Assembly (NCBI GenBank): GCA_040386775.1
Contig: JAZKEU010000007.1
Span: 19,459 to 83,458 of the forward strand
Length of the DNA: 64,000 bases
Source: Bdellovibrionota bacterium
GTDB taxonomy: Bacteria; Bdellovibrionota; Bdellovibrionia; Bdellovibrionales; JAEYZS01
Direction: 5' to 3'
Shown here: positions 46,740 to 54,657 of the stretch, in pieces
Layout: each line of letters starts with the position of its first letter
How positions within the stretch are numbered: position 1 is the stretch's first letter
Notes under the pieces: generated by a model
Seen by the model: the letters and a program-made list of their open reading frames with translations, nothing else
Database searches by the model: none
Told to the model about the DNA's origin: nothing
Position numbers and translations under genes: made by a program

Positions 46740-47544
46740 TTTTTACTCCGTTACGAATTTCATGAGCTCTGAGAATTTCTTTTTCTAGTTCTTGCCAGTT
46801 TGGAATAGCCCCATCTCTTTCTATCATTGATGTGAAGAAACCTAAATTCTGTTCTGTCCATTGAAATAGCTTCCAAACCTCTTCACACACGGGCTGGTCA
46901 TGTGTATCTATGAGATAACCGTCTTTGACGGAATGACCAGCAAGATGAATTTGTCCAACCCTCTCTAAGGGCATGGATTTTAAAAAATCTATGGGATTAA
47001 AACTATGATTTACTGAGCTGACATATATATTGTTAATGTCTAATAAAATACCGCAGTCAGCTTTCTCAGTTAATTCTTTTATAAATTGCCATTCTGTCAT
47101 TTCTGTATTTGTATATTCAAAATAACTAGATACATTTTCTATTAAAATTCTTTGGCCAAGAAAATCTTGTATCTTTAAAATTTTATCTGAAAGATATTTC
47201 AAATTCTCTTTGGTGAAAGGAACAGGTATTAGATCATGAATATTTTCACCATCAACACCTGTCCAGCAGAGATGATCTGAAATCCAAATAGGGTCAATGC
47301 TGTTTGCAAGTTCTTTTAAGCGCTTAAGATAATTCGCATCTATTGGATCAGCAGATCCAATATTCATAGAAACTCCATGAAGAGCAATAGGCAGCCTCTC
47401 TCTTATTTTTTCTAAATTAGAAAATGCTTTTGGTTTTAAACCATTTTGCCAATTCATGTAGTTTTCAGAGACGACTTCGCCCCATTGAATGCTTTTTGGT
47501 AGTTCGTTGAGAAATTGCATTACATGAGGACTCCTGATTCCCAC
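46705..47544 (-). CDS. DUF692 / MNIO (multinuclear non-heme iron oxidative) RiPP maturase, BufB/HvfB/MbnB-like
   Basis: 279 aa from GTG 47544. ..WGEVVSENYM.., ..LHGVSMNIGS.., ..WISDHLCW.., ..ILIENVSSYF.., ..GILLDINNIYVS.., ..QIHLAGH..LIDTH.. follow the DUF692 TIM-barrel metal-ligand pattern. An upstream ATG at 47580 is in frame but separated by a TAG (see findings). Confidence 0.88.
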   Translation of the reverse strand: MGIRSPHVMQFLNELPKSIQWGEVVSENYMNWQNGLKPKAFSNLEKIRERLPIALHGVSMNIGSADPIDANYLKRLKELANSIDPIWISDHLCWTGVDGENIHDLIPVPFTKENLKYLSDKILKIQDFLGQRILIENVSSYFEYTNTEMTEWQFIKELTEKADCGILLDINNIYVSSVNHSFNPIDFLKSMPLERVGQIHLAGHSVKDGYLIDTHDQPVCEEVWKLFQWTEQNLGFFTSMIERDGAIPNWQELEKEILRAHEIRNGVKSEFTKKITASI

Positions 47545-47589
47545 GCCGATACCCTAGTTTTTGAAAAGCTTTTGTTTCATATTTACCTT

Positions 47590-47614
47590 AAATTAAAGGG
47601 GGAGTTTATCCCCC
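47590..47614 (-). terminator. intercistronic stem-loop/attenuator between precursor and MNIO gene
   Basis: Minus strand reads GGGGGA TAAAC TCCCCC followed by TTTAATTT, then AAGG and the ATG at 47580. Confidence 0.55.
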
Positions 47615-47636
47615 ATGATATTAAAGAGTAACTAAG

Positions 47637-47876
47637 TTATTTAGCTTCTTCTTTAGCAGCGCAGTGGTCAGCACCTTTGCAATGATTTTTATCATTTTTG
47701 TTATCTTTGCCTTTACATGATGCTTTATCTTTAGCGCCGCAGCCCTCTTTACCTTTGCATGACGCTTTTTCAGCTCCAGCTTTTGGTTTTTCGTGATCAT
47801 TAGCTAAAGCTGCGCTTCCAGTTGCTAAACCAGAGATAAGAGCTGCTGCTAGTATCATTTTTGTATTGCGATTCAT
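47637..47876 (-). CDS. RiPP precursor peptide, Sec-signal + Cys/Lys/His-rich core (bufferin/HvfA-like)
   Basis: ATG 47876 preceded by GGAGGA. MNRNTKMILAAALISGLATGSAALA/NDHEKPKAGAEKASCKGKEGCGAKDKASCKGKDNKNDKNHCKGADHCAAKEEAK. Lies immediately upstream of the DUF692-DUF2063 pair. Confidence 0.75.
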   Translation of the reverse strand: MNRNTKMILAAALISGLATGSAALANDHEKPKAGAEKASCKGKEGCGAKDKASCKGKDNKNDKNHCKGADHCAAKEEAK

Positions 47877-48108
47877 TGAATCCTCCATCTTTTCGTAGCC
47901 GGAATTGGCTATCGATACATTAGGCCCATGGCACTACAGTATTAGTGTTTTAAGCTCATCCTTTATTACATAATTTTTTAGATTATATTTGTGGGATAGT
48001 TGATTCTGATTGAATCGCCTTATTTTGAGAAGTCTCGTTACTATAAAATTCATTTCTTAACATTAGCTTAAGACTTTAGGCTTGAGATTTATAAAGAGAT
48101 TTTTATTT

Positions 48109-48411
48109 TCAGCTCGATATTTTTTTACCAGATAACTTACTGTATAGCCACATAGCAAAAACACCAAAGAGCCACCAAAATGCAAATTGGATAAAGAAAG
48201 GCCAAATAGTGTTTTGGAGTTTATAGTTCAATGAAAATGGATAGAGGAGAAAGCAAGTGGCCAACACAAAACGATCAAAAATCGTTGAGAGAATATTTGT
48301 AGGCTCACTATTGGAGTAGAAAATAATATGTATAATTAGTAAAAAAAGCCAAACCCATGCAAAGATCATGGATTCAAAGACTTTCTTAAAGGTGGGCACG
48401 AGATGATACAT
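48109..48411 (-). CDS. small membrane protein, unknown function
   Basis: 100 aa with about 3 hydrophobic helices. Lies 15 nt downstream of the transglycosylase gene. Confidence 0.45.
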   Translation of the reverse strand: MYHLVPTFKKVFESMIFAWVWLFLLIIHIIFYSNSEPTNILSTIFDRFVLATCFLLYPFSLNYKLQNTIWPFFIQFAFWWLFGVFAMWLYSKLSGKKISS

Positions 48412-48426
48412 GCCTAAAATTGTATA

Positions 48427-49863
48427 TTAAATTTCTCTTGAGGCAACTGAAATAGCAGAGCCTCTCAAGGCTGCATGCCAGTGGTCGGTGAATCCTTTTT
48501 GAGAATCCTCTCCAGTTCCGCGCCCTAAGATTGCATCCACGTAGGCTACGTTACTAGTTTCCCACTTTGTCATTCTGGATTTGTTCTTTCCTACATAACC
48601 ATTGGCTCTTAATTTATGTCTGAACATAAACAAGCGAACCGTTTCCCAGTCATTATTAAGGGCGATATCAAATTTATCTTTAGCAAAGGCAATATCGCTT
48701 TTTGAAATCTGAACCCAGCCCTCTCCGCCATTGTAGGCAGCAAGAGCTTTTCTAAAATTATCTTTTTCTGTAAGGCTCATGGTTGCCCAAGAGCTTGATG
48801 TGGGTTGAGCGCCATTATTTACGATGCTGTATTTATTGAGAAGCACCTTCATTCCGCCTTCAAGATTTACCGCAGGGTTTTGTAGGCATCTTAGAGATGA
48901 ATCACTGGCCATTTGATCAATGGTTTTTCCTTTCAAAGACTGAAGCTGCTGTGGAGTGCAAGAATCGACATTGGTTACGGTCCTTGTATTCAACTGAAAT
49001 AATCCCACGCTCTTTGATCTGGATTTTTTGTCTCCAACGGCATGGCAAACACCAGCAGATTCTTGTGTTAAAATTCCTAGCATCACTTCTGCTGGAATAT
49101 TTTGTTTGGGAGCAACTTCTTTTACATAGTTAGCAAAATCATCAAACTTTAATCCAAAGCAAGTTCTTTCAAAATTTCTCGCGATGGCATCAAAGCTTCC
49201 GCCAATTCTTTTTGACCTCATCATAGCGTTTGTGTGATTTTTTACTTTTGTTAATTCACTTTGTAAGTCAGCGCGAATTCTTTTTTGTAATGAATTTTCG
49301 TCATCGCAGTCAGCAATGCAAGTTTTTGCTTCTGTCGTCTCATGGCGGCCTCCATTTGCATAAATGGAAGGTTTAGAATTTTTAATTTTAAACTCTCTTG
49401 AATCTACAAGATTTGTTTTATGAGTAGTTTCTAGCTTAAGACCACCGCGCTCTGCAATGTGTTTAAGAGCTACAAAACCGTGTTGTCCATTCATGGATTT
49501 ATTGTCAGGCATGCTCACGATTTTGACTGGAAAGAAATGTTCGTAACTAGGTCTACCTCTCTTATCAAAGCGAGTCTGTTTGATATTGCTTTGGATCATC
49601 CAATTGTTGAGAGTTTTATTGATATCAACTTTATTATCTGTCTTAATAACGAATTCATCTGGAACCTCTAGCACTGTACCTTTAGGCATAACTGTTAAAG
49701 CCTTAAGAGTTGGTGTTTCTGTAGAGTCAATGCCTTCCACTCTAAAATTTACAGCTGTATCGAGTTCTATATTGGCTGCAAATACCGAAGAGGGAAAAAT
49801 CATATTTATAATAATAAGAGCTGACAATATACTCTGAGAAAATTGTTTTAGTTTGTTTTTCAT
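48427..49863 (-). CDS. secreted protein with C-terminal SLT-type lytic transglycosylase domain
   Basis: 478 aa, signal peptide ..FPSSVFA/AN. SLT motifs ..GILTQESAG.., ..VGLFQLN.., ..AAYNGGEGW.. Confidence 0.7.
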   Translation of the reverse strand: MKNKLKQFSQSILSALIIINMIFPSSVFAANIELDTAVNFRVEGIDSTETPTLKALTVMPKGTVLEVPDEFVIKTDNKVDINKTLNNWMIQSNIKQTRFDKRGRPSYEHFFPVKIVSMPDNKSMNGQHGFVALKHIAERGGLKLETTHKTNLVDSREFKIKNSKPSIYANGGRHETTEAKTCIADCDDENSLQKRIRADLQSELTKVKNHTNAMMRSKRIGGSFDAIARNFERTCFGLKFDDFANYVKEVAPKQNIPAEVMLGILTQESAGVCHAVGDKKSRSKSVGLFQLNTRTVTNVDSCTPQQLQSLKGKTIDQMASDSSLRCLQNPAVNLEGGMKVLLNKYSIVNNGAQPTSSSWATMSLTEKDNFRKALAAYNGGEGWVQISKSDIAFAKDKFDIALNNDWETVRLFMFRHKLRANGYVGKNKSRMTKWETSNVAYVDAILGRGTGEDSQKGFTDHWHAALRGSAISVASREI

Positions 49864-50119
49864 ATATTACGTCCTTAAAAGAAGTTCGGAAGCCTAATAC
49901 CTACTAGAGCAGAGAGTATGCCATGTGAACTCTTATAAAATCGCTTTGATGTACATTTTTTGATCAGGTAGTTTTGAAGTGTCGAACAATTTTTGTCAAA
50001 ATGGGGAAATTATCGTAAAATTTGTCCAATTGCCTTTTTTATAAATCGAGAGACTAAATATTTTGGTGTTTAAAAGAAGTCTTGCAACAATTTAGAAATG
50101 TCGTCTACGCTATTAATCA

Positions 50120-50674
50120 ATGAGTAAGATTGAGCCTTGGAAAACATTAGAATCTGAAGAGTTAGCAAAGTACGGATACTTTCGTATGCGCAAGGACAAG
50201 TGCGAGCTTCCAGACGGAAGAATCATGCCTGGCTATTACACCATTGAATTTGCTGATTGGGTGAACGTGATTCCAGTGACAAAAGACAAGAAGATTGTAC
50301 TCATCAATCAATATAGGCACTCTGTGGAGCAGGTCACGATTGAAATTCCTGGCGGCTCAACTCATCCCAAAGAAAACGAACCTGTCGAAAAAGCAGCGAG
50401 AAGAGAGATGGAAGAGGAAACTGGTTATACCTCAACAAATCTAGAATTCGTTGGTTTTCAATATCCCAATCCCGCGCTTTTATCCAACAAGATGCACACG
50501 TTCATTGCTTGGGATGCGGTAAAAACAAAAGAGCAAGAATTAGATCCTTACGAAGACATTGAAACTTTTGAGGTCACTTTTACAGAATTAAGAAAACTCA
50601 TTGAAACAGGCAAGATCCCACACTCGATTATATTAGGCTCTTTTCTATTGGCTCAAAAGAAATTAAACTTCTAA
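50120..50674 (+). CDS. NUDIX hydrolase (ADP-ribose pyrophosphatase-like)
   Basis: 184 aa. Nudix box GGSTHPKENEPVEKAARREMEEETGY. Confidence 0.8.
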   Translation: MSKIEPWKTLESEELAKYGYFRMRKDKCELPDGRIMPGYYTIEFADWVNVIPVTKDKKIVLINQYRHSVEQVTIEIPGGSTHPKENEPVEKAARREMEEETGYTSTNLEFVGFQYPNPALLSNKMHTFIAWDAVKTKEQELDPYEDIETFEVTFTELRKLIETGKIPHSIILGSFLLAQKKLNF

Positions 50675-50746
50675 ACATATGTACGCAGAGCGGCGGTTGT
50701 CGCTCAAAATGAGGAACCAGCTCTAACTGATTTAGGAAGAAATAAT

Positions 50747-51178
50747 TTAATCGTCGCAGCAGTTCATATTGATAACTACTTCTTTAACCTTTTTGTCTTT
50801 GCCAGGAAGAATAACCAATTGCCAAGTGTCCTTATTTTCTTTCCAGCCTTCATTCAGTATGTAAGTTGGGGTACTATCACTAAGGAAATAACCAGTATTT
50901 TCGCCTAGTAAGAATTTAATTTCCTTGATGTCAGTTCCTGCTAATTGATTTTTTTTAAGAAGGCTTACTGCCATTTTCGATCTAGTGATTAAATTTGCTT
51001 TTTTGAATTCGGCTGCATTGAACTCTTGCTCACCAAAAAGAGATTTGGCTGATTTATAATTCAAGGTTATGCCATATATTTCTTTTTTTAATTCCGCTAA
51101 ACTAAAAATTCCAACAAATAAAATAAGAAAAACTATAGGAATATATATTAAAAATTTATTTTTCATTTTTTCTTCCAT
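50747..51178 (-). CDS. membrane-anchored hypothetical protein
   Basis: 143 aa. N-terminal TM FLIYIPIVFLILFVGIFSL. Ends ..NMNCCDD. Overlaps the upstream ORF by 16 nt. Confidence 0.45.
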   Translation of the reverse strand: MEEKMKNKFLIYIPIVFLILFVGIFSLAELKKEIYGITLNYKSAKSLFGEQEFNAAEFKKANLITRSKMAVSLLKKNQLAGTDIKEIKFLLGENTGYFLSDSTPTYILNEGWKENKDTWQLVILPGKDKKVKEVVINMNCCDD

Positions 51179-51822
51179 ATACCTTCTCTCGGTTTAAGAA
51201 CAGTAGCTTTATTAGATTTTATTGCCTTAATTGCCTCTTTTTCAATATTCTCTTCGTTTAATTTCTTGTCTTTTTTAAGTTTAGCATAAATCTCATGGCC
51301 AAGTTTGTTATTTTTTAAATCCATAAGTTTTCCAGGATCGTTATCTGGTAACCCAGATTCATGCGCATTTAAAAATTTAGAGGATAGCTCTATCCCAATT
51401 TCATCGGCTGTTATGGCCGCCCAAGTAATATGCCTAAAAGCATCGCTCTCACTGTCAGGTAAATCCACTCGAAAGTTATTAGTGACCATGCTTTGAACAC
51501 TATTTTTGGCGAAGTAAACGTCTGATGCTGCTTCCAGATTTTGAGCTGAAAGTTTTAGCTCGTCATATGTTAAGCCAAATACATACAAAATGTGGTTTAA
51601 ATTTCTGTAGGCATATTCTTCTGGAGTAAAGCAATATTCTTCACAATGTCCTAAACATGAATAATCGTTATATTCGTAAGTTGTTGTCCAGCACTTATCG
51701 TAACAAGAAGGAGTGAAGCGTTCTATTTTTAAATCCTTATTCCAATCAATGCATTTCTTTGGCACCTCTGCAAAGACCAAAGCGGAATTAAAAATCAATG
51801 TGAAAAAGAAAAGAGCAGGCAT
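51163..51822 (-). CDS. secreted Cys-rich protein with DAFRH..W / HE / MDLxNNxxG motif domain
   Basis: 219 aa, signal peptide ..NSALVFA/EV. N-terminal 8-Cys region, then SDAFRHITWAA...NAHESG...LMDLKNNKLGHEI. This resembles a DUF family (DUF6973-like, from memory). Confidence 0.5.
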   Translation of the reverse strand: MPALFFFTLIFNSALVFAEVPKKCIDWNKDLKIERFTPSCYDKCWTTTYEYNDYSCLGHCEEYCFTPEEYAYRNLNHILYVFGLTYDELKLSAQNLEAASDVYFAKNSVQSMVTNNFRVDLPDSESDAFRHITWAAITADEIGIELSSKFLNAHESGLPDNDPGKLMDLKNNKLGHEIYAKLKKDKKLNEENIEKEAIKAIKSNKATVLKPREGIWKKK

Positions 51823-51995
51823 TGCTAAAAAATATAATAAATTTTATTTAAAATATACTGTTATCTAACTTATAAGAATAAAGTATCAGATCATTCCGAA
51901 TATCGGACCCCAAGTTTGAATTTCTTTTACAACGCAGGGCTTCGACGGCGCCGCAAGTGATTGCTTTTACTCTTTAAACTTCACAAAATGAATAC

Positions 51996-52880
51996 ATGGC
52001 AAATGTATTAGAAGTTAAAAATTTAACGAAGTCTTTTAAGCGCAATCCGTGGTCAAAGCCCAAAGAAGTGTTACATAATATTTCTTTTTCTTTATCTCAA
52101 GGCGTGATGACTGGTTTTTTAGGAATCAACGGGTCTGGAAAAACAACAACGATCAAGTGTGTACTCGATTTGATCACTCCTGAAAAAGGTGAAATCAAAT
52201 TTTTCGGTGAAAAGATTTCTAGAAATATCAAAAAGCGCATTGGTTATTTACCAGAAAAGCCTCAGCTCTATGATCACTTGTCTGGCGGAGAGTTTTTAGA
52301 TTTTGCCATCAAGCTTTCTAGAAATAATATTTCTACCTCCAACGTAGAGTCAGAAAAAAAGATCGATGAAATTCTTGAACTCGTTGATTTGAAACATGCT
52401 AAAGAGGCAAGACTCAGAGAATATTCTAAAGGTATGTATCAAAGAATGGGGTTAGCCCAAGCGATCATCAGAAACCCAGAATTAGTTATCCTAGATGAAC
52501 CGATGTCGGATCTAGATCCTGCAGGAAGATCTTTAGTAAAAGATATCCTTAAGAGAATTCAGTCTGAGAAAAAAGTTTCGATCTTTATTAGTAGTCACTT
52601 ATTGCAAGATATCGAAGATCTTTGCCCGGAAATTGTGATTCTCAATCAGGGCGAGATGAAATACACCGGAAAAACTTTAAGCTTTATCAATAAGCTCAAT
52701 CCAAAATTTGATATCACTTTTGAAGATAAAAATAATTTCAAAACTGTGTCCGTAGATTCTGAAGAAAGTCTCCAAGCAGAAATCGACAAGTTGAGAAGCC
52801 AAAAAACGAATATCATCACAATCCAAAATCAAAAATCTTTAGAAGAAGCCTTTAAGAGCTTCATTGGGAAGGATTTTTAA
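51996..52880 (+). CDS. ABC transporter ATP-binding protein (PilH-like position)
   Basis: 294 aa. Walker A GINGSGKTT, degenerate signature YSKGMYQRMGLAQA, Walker B LVILDEPMSDLD. Confidence 0.8.
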   Translation: MANVLEVKNLTKSFKRNPWSKPKEVLHNISFSLSQGVMTGFLGINGSGKTTTIKCVLDLITPEKGEIKFFGEKISRNIKKRIGYLPEKPQLYDHLSGGEFLDFAIKLSRNNISTSNVESEKKIDEILELVDLKHAKEARLREYSKGMYQRMGLAQAIIRNPELVILDEPMSDLDPAGRSLVKDILKRIQSEKKVSIFISSHLLQDIEDLCPEIVILNQGEMKYTGKTLSFINKLNPKFDITFEDKNNFKTVSVDSEESLQAEIDKLRSQKTNIITIQNQKSLEEAFKSFIGKDF

Positions 52881-52882
52881 TT

Positions 52883-53650
52883 ATGAATCAAATTTTAACA
52901 ATCGCTCAAAATACCTATAAAGAATTGATCAGAGATAAAGCTCTCTTTATTTTAATTTTCTTTGCCATGGGATTGCTGGCCTTAAGTATTTTACTTTCTC
53001 AGCTTTCAATTCATGAGAACTTAAGACTTACAATCGACTTTGGGTTCTCTGGAATTTTCTTAGCAATCGTTGCCATGACTTTATTTGTAGGCAGTACACT
53101 TGTATTCAGAGAGATTGATAAGAAAACAATTTTATTCTTGATGTCTTATCCTTTAAGTCGCAGCCAATTCATCATGGGCAAGTTCTTTGGATTCACAATG
53201 ATGCTTTGTACATTGATGTTGGGGTTGGGAATTGCTTTGGCCACACTTCTTTTTGTTATTCAGTGGGAGCCAACAGTATCTTTCTTGATCGCCTTCTATG
53301 GAATTTTTCTTGAGATTCTTGTACTGCTAAGTATGACACTTCTTTTTGGAGTCATTATTCGTCCAATCCTCGTAGTTGGTGCAGTTGTTGGACTATTCCT
53401 TATCGGGCATGGAATGAATGGTTTTGCGGAAATCGTTGCTCGCGGCCAGAATGAATTCTTAAAAACTTTAAGCCAAATTTTAAAATGGTCACTTCCTAAT
53501 CTAGAAAACATGAATTGGATGAATCAAGTTGTATATGCGGAGATCATTCCAGGCAGAACAATGTTATTTGCGTCGGTTTATACATTGGGTTGGGTTATTT
53601 TTTTCTTAAGCCTTGCGATCGTATTATTCAGGAGGCGTGATTTTGTTTGA
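52883..53650 (+). CDS. ABC-2-type transporter permease (PilI-like position)
   Basis: 255 aa, about 6 TM. Lies 2 nt after the ATPase gene. Confidence 0.65.
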   Translation: MNQILTIAQNTYKELIRDKALFILIFFAMGLLALSILLSQLSIHENLRLTIDFGFSGIFLAIVAMTLFVGSTLVFREIDKKTILFLMSYPLSRSQFIMGKFFGFTMMLCTLMLGLGIALATLLFVIQWEPTVSFLIAFYGIFLEILVLLSMTLLFGVIIRPILVVGAVVGLFLIGHGMNGFAEIVARGQNEFLKTLSQILKWSLPNLENMNWMNQVVYAEIIPGRTMLFASVYTLGWVIFFLSLAIVLFRRRDFV

Positions 53651-53657
53651 TGAAATC

Positions 53658-54461
53658 ATGAATCCTTACATGAATTTTTATTGGACGGGTGCCTTTTTTA
53701 TTTTAGGAGCTCTCTTCGGCAGTTTTGCTAACGTTGCCATATATAGAATTCCCAAGGAAGAAAGCGTCGTTACTACTGGCAGTCACTGTTATGGTTGCAA
53801 AAATCCTGTAAAATTTTATGACAATATTCCTATTTTATCTTGGCTGATTCTCAGAGGTAAATGTCGAAACTGTGGCGCAAAATTTTCTTTTAGATACTGC
53901 TTAGTCGAAATCATCACTGCATTTTTATTTGCAGGAACTTTTATGAAATTAGGCTGGAGCTTTTTTCTTCTAGAAGTTCTGGTTTTAATTCTAGGGCTAG
54001 TGATAGTTTCATTTATCGATATAGATCATTTTATTATTCCAGATAAAATATCATTGCCAGGAATAGTTATAGGTTTAGTAGGTGGGCTTCTCAATCCAGA
54101 GAGAACTTTTGTGGATTCACTCTTGGGAATGCTTTTGGGTGGAGGATTTCTCTGGGCCGTGGCTTATGTTTATTTTCTTTTAAAAAAAGAAGAAGGTATG
54201 GGCGGCGGCGACATCAAGCTTCTTGCTTGGATCGGTGCAATTCTTGGTTGGATGAGTATTCCATTTATAATTTTAGGTTCATCTATTCTTGGAAGTATTG
54301 TTGGACTGCTCATCATTTGGAAATCCAAAGACACTAACTCTTCAGGAATGAAAACCGTAATTCCATTCGGACCTTACATCGCATTCGCGGCAATCTTGTA
54401 CATTTTTGGCGGCGAAGCCATCGGAAAATGGTACATCAATCTTTTTATGCCAGGACTCTGA
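53658..54461 (+). CDS. pilD: prepilin peptidase / N-methyltransferase (A24 family)
   Basis: Zn-finger-like CYGCKNP...CRNCGA, catalytic Asp motifs IDIDHFIIPD and GGGDIKLLA. The start is ATG 53658 or GTG 53637. Confidence 0.88.
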   Translation: MNPYMNFYWTGAFFILGALFGSFANVAIYRIPKEESVVTTGSHCYGCKNPVKFYDNIPILSWLILRGKCRNCGAKFSFRYCLVEIITAFLFAGTFMKLGWSFFLLEVLVLILGLVIVSFIDIDHFIIPDKISLPGIVIGLVGGLLNPERTFVDSLLGMLLGGGFLWAVAYVYFLLKKEEGMGGGDIKLLAWIGAILGWMSIPFIILGSSILGSIVGLLIIWKSKDTNSSGMKTVIPFGPYIAFAAILYIFGGEAIGKWYINLFMPGL

Positions 54462-54657
54462 GTGCGTACTGAACTCTTATAATTGAGTTACCGGTACCTA
54501 AGGTCCTAAGACCTAAGTCACAAAGATGTGTGTCTAGCTGGTGCTAGACCTCCACCAATTTGACTAATAGTCCAAATCCGCGATTTAATTAAGAATGTAG
54601 TGTATCTACCGGTCAAAGAATGACCAGTACGGCAAGATGTAAGTTGGGACAACACGG

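Noticed and set aside
48014-48041. Candidate ECF-type promoter (minus strand GTAAC-N19-CGAT) upstream of the RiPP precursor. A perfect TATAAT lies nearby on the minus strand, corresponding to about 47981-47986.
   Set aside because: The 19-nt spacer is longer than the usual 16-17 nt for ECF promoters, and the TATAAT has no acceptable -35 at 16-18 nt. Neither is claimed without transcription start mapping.
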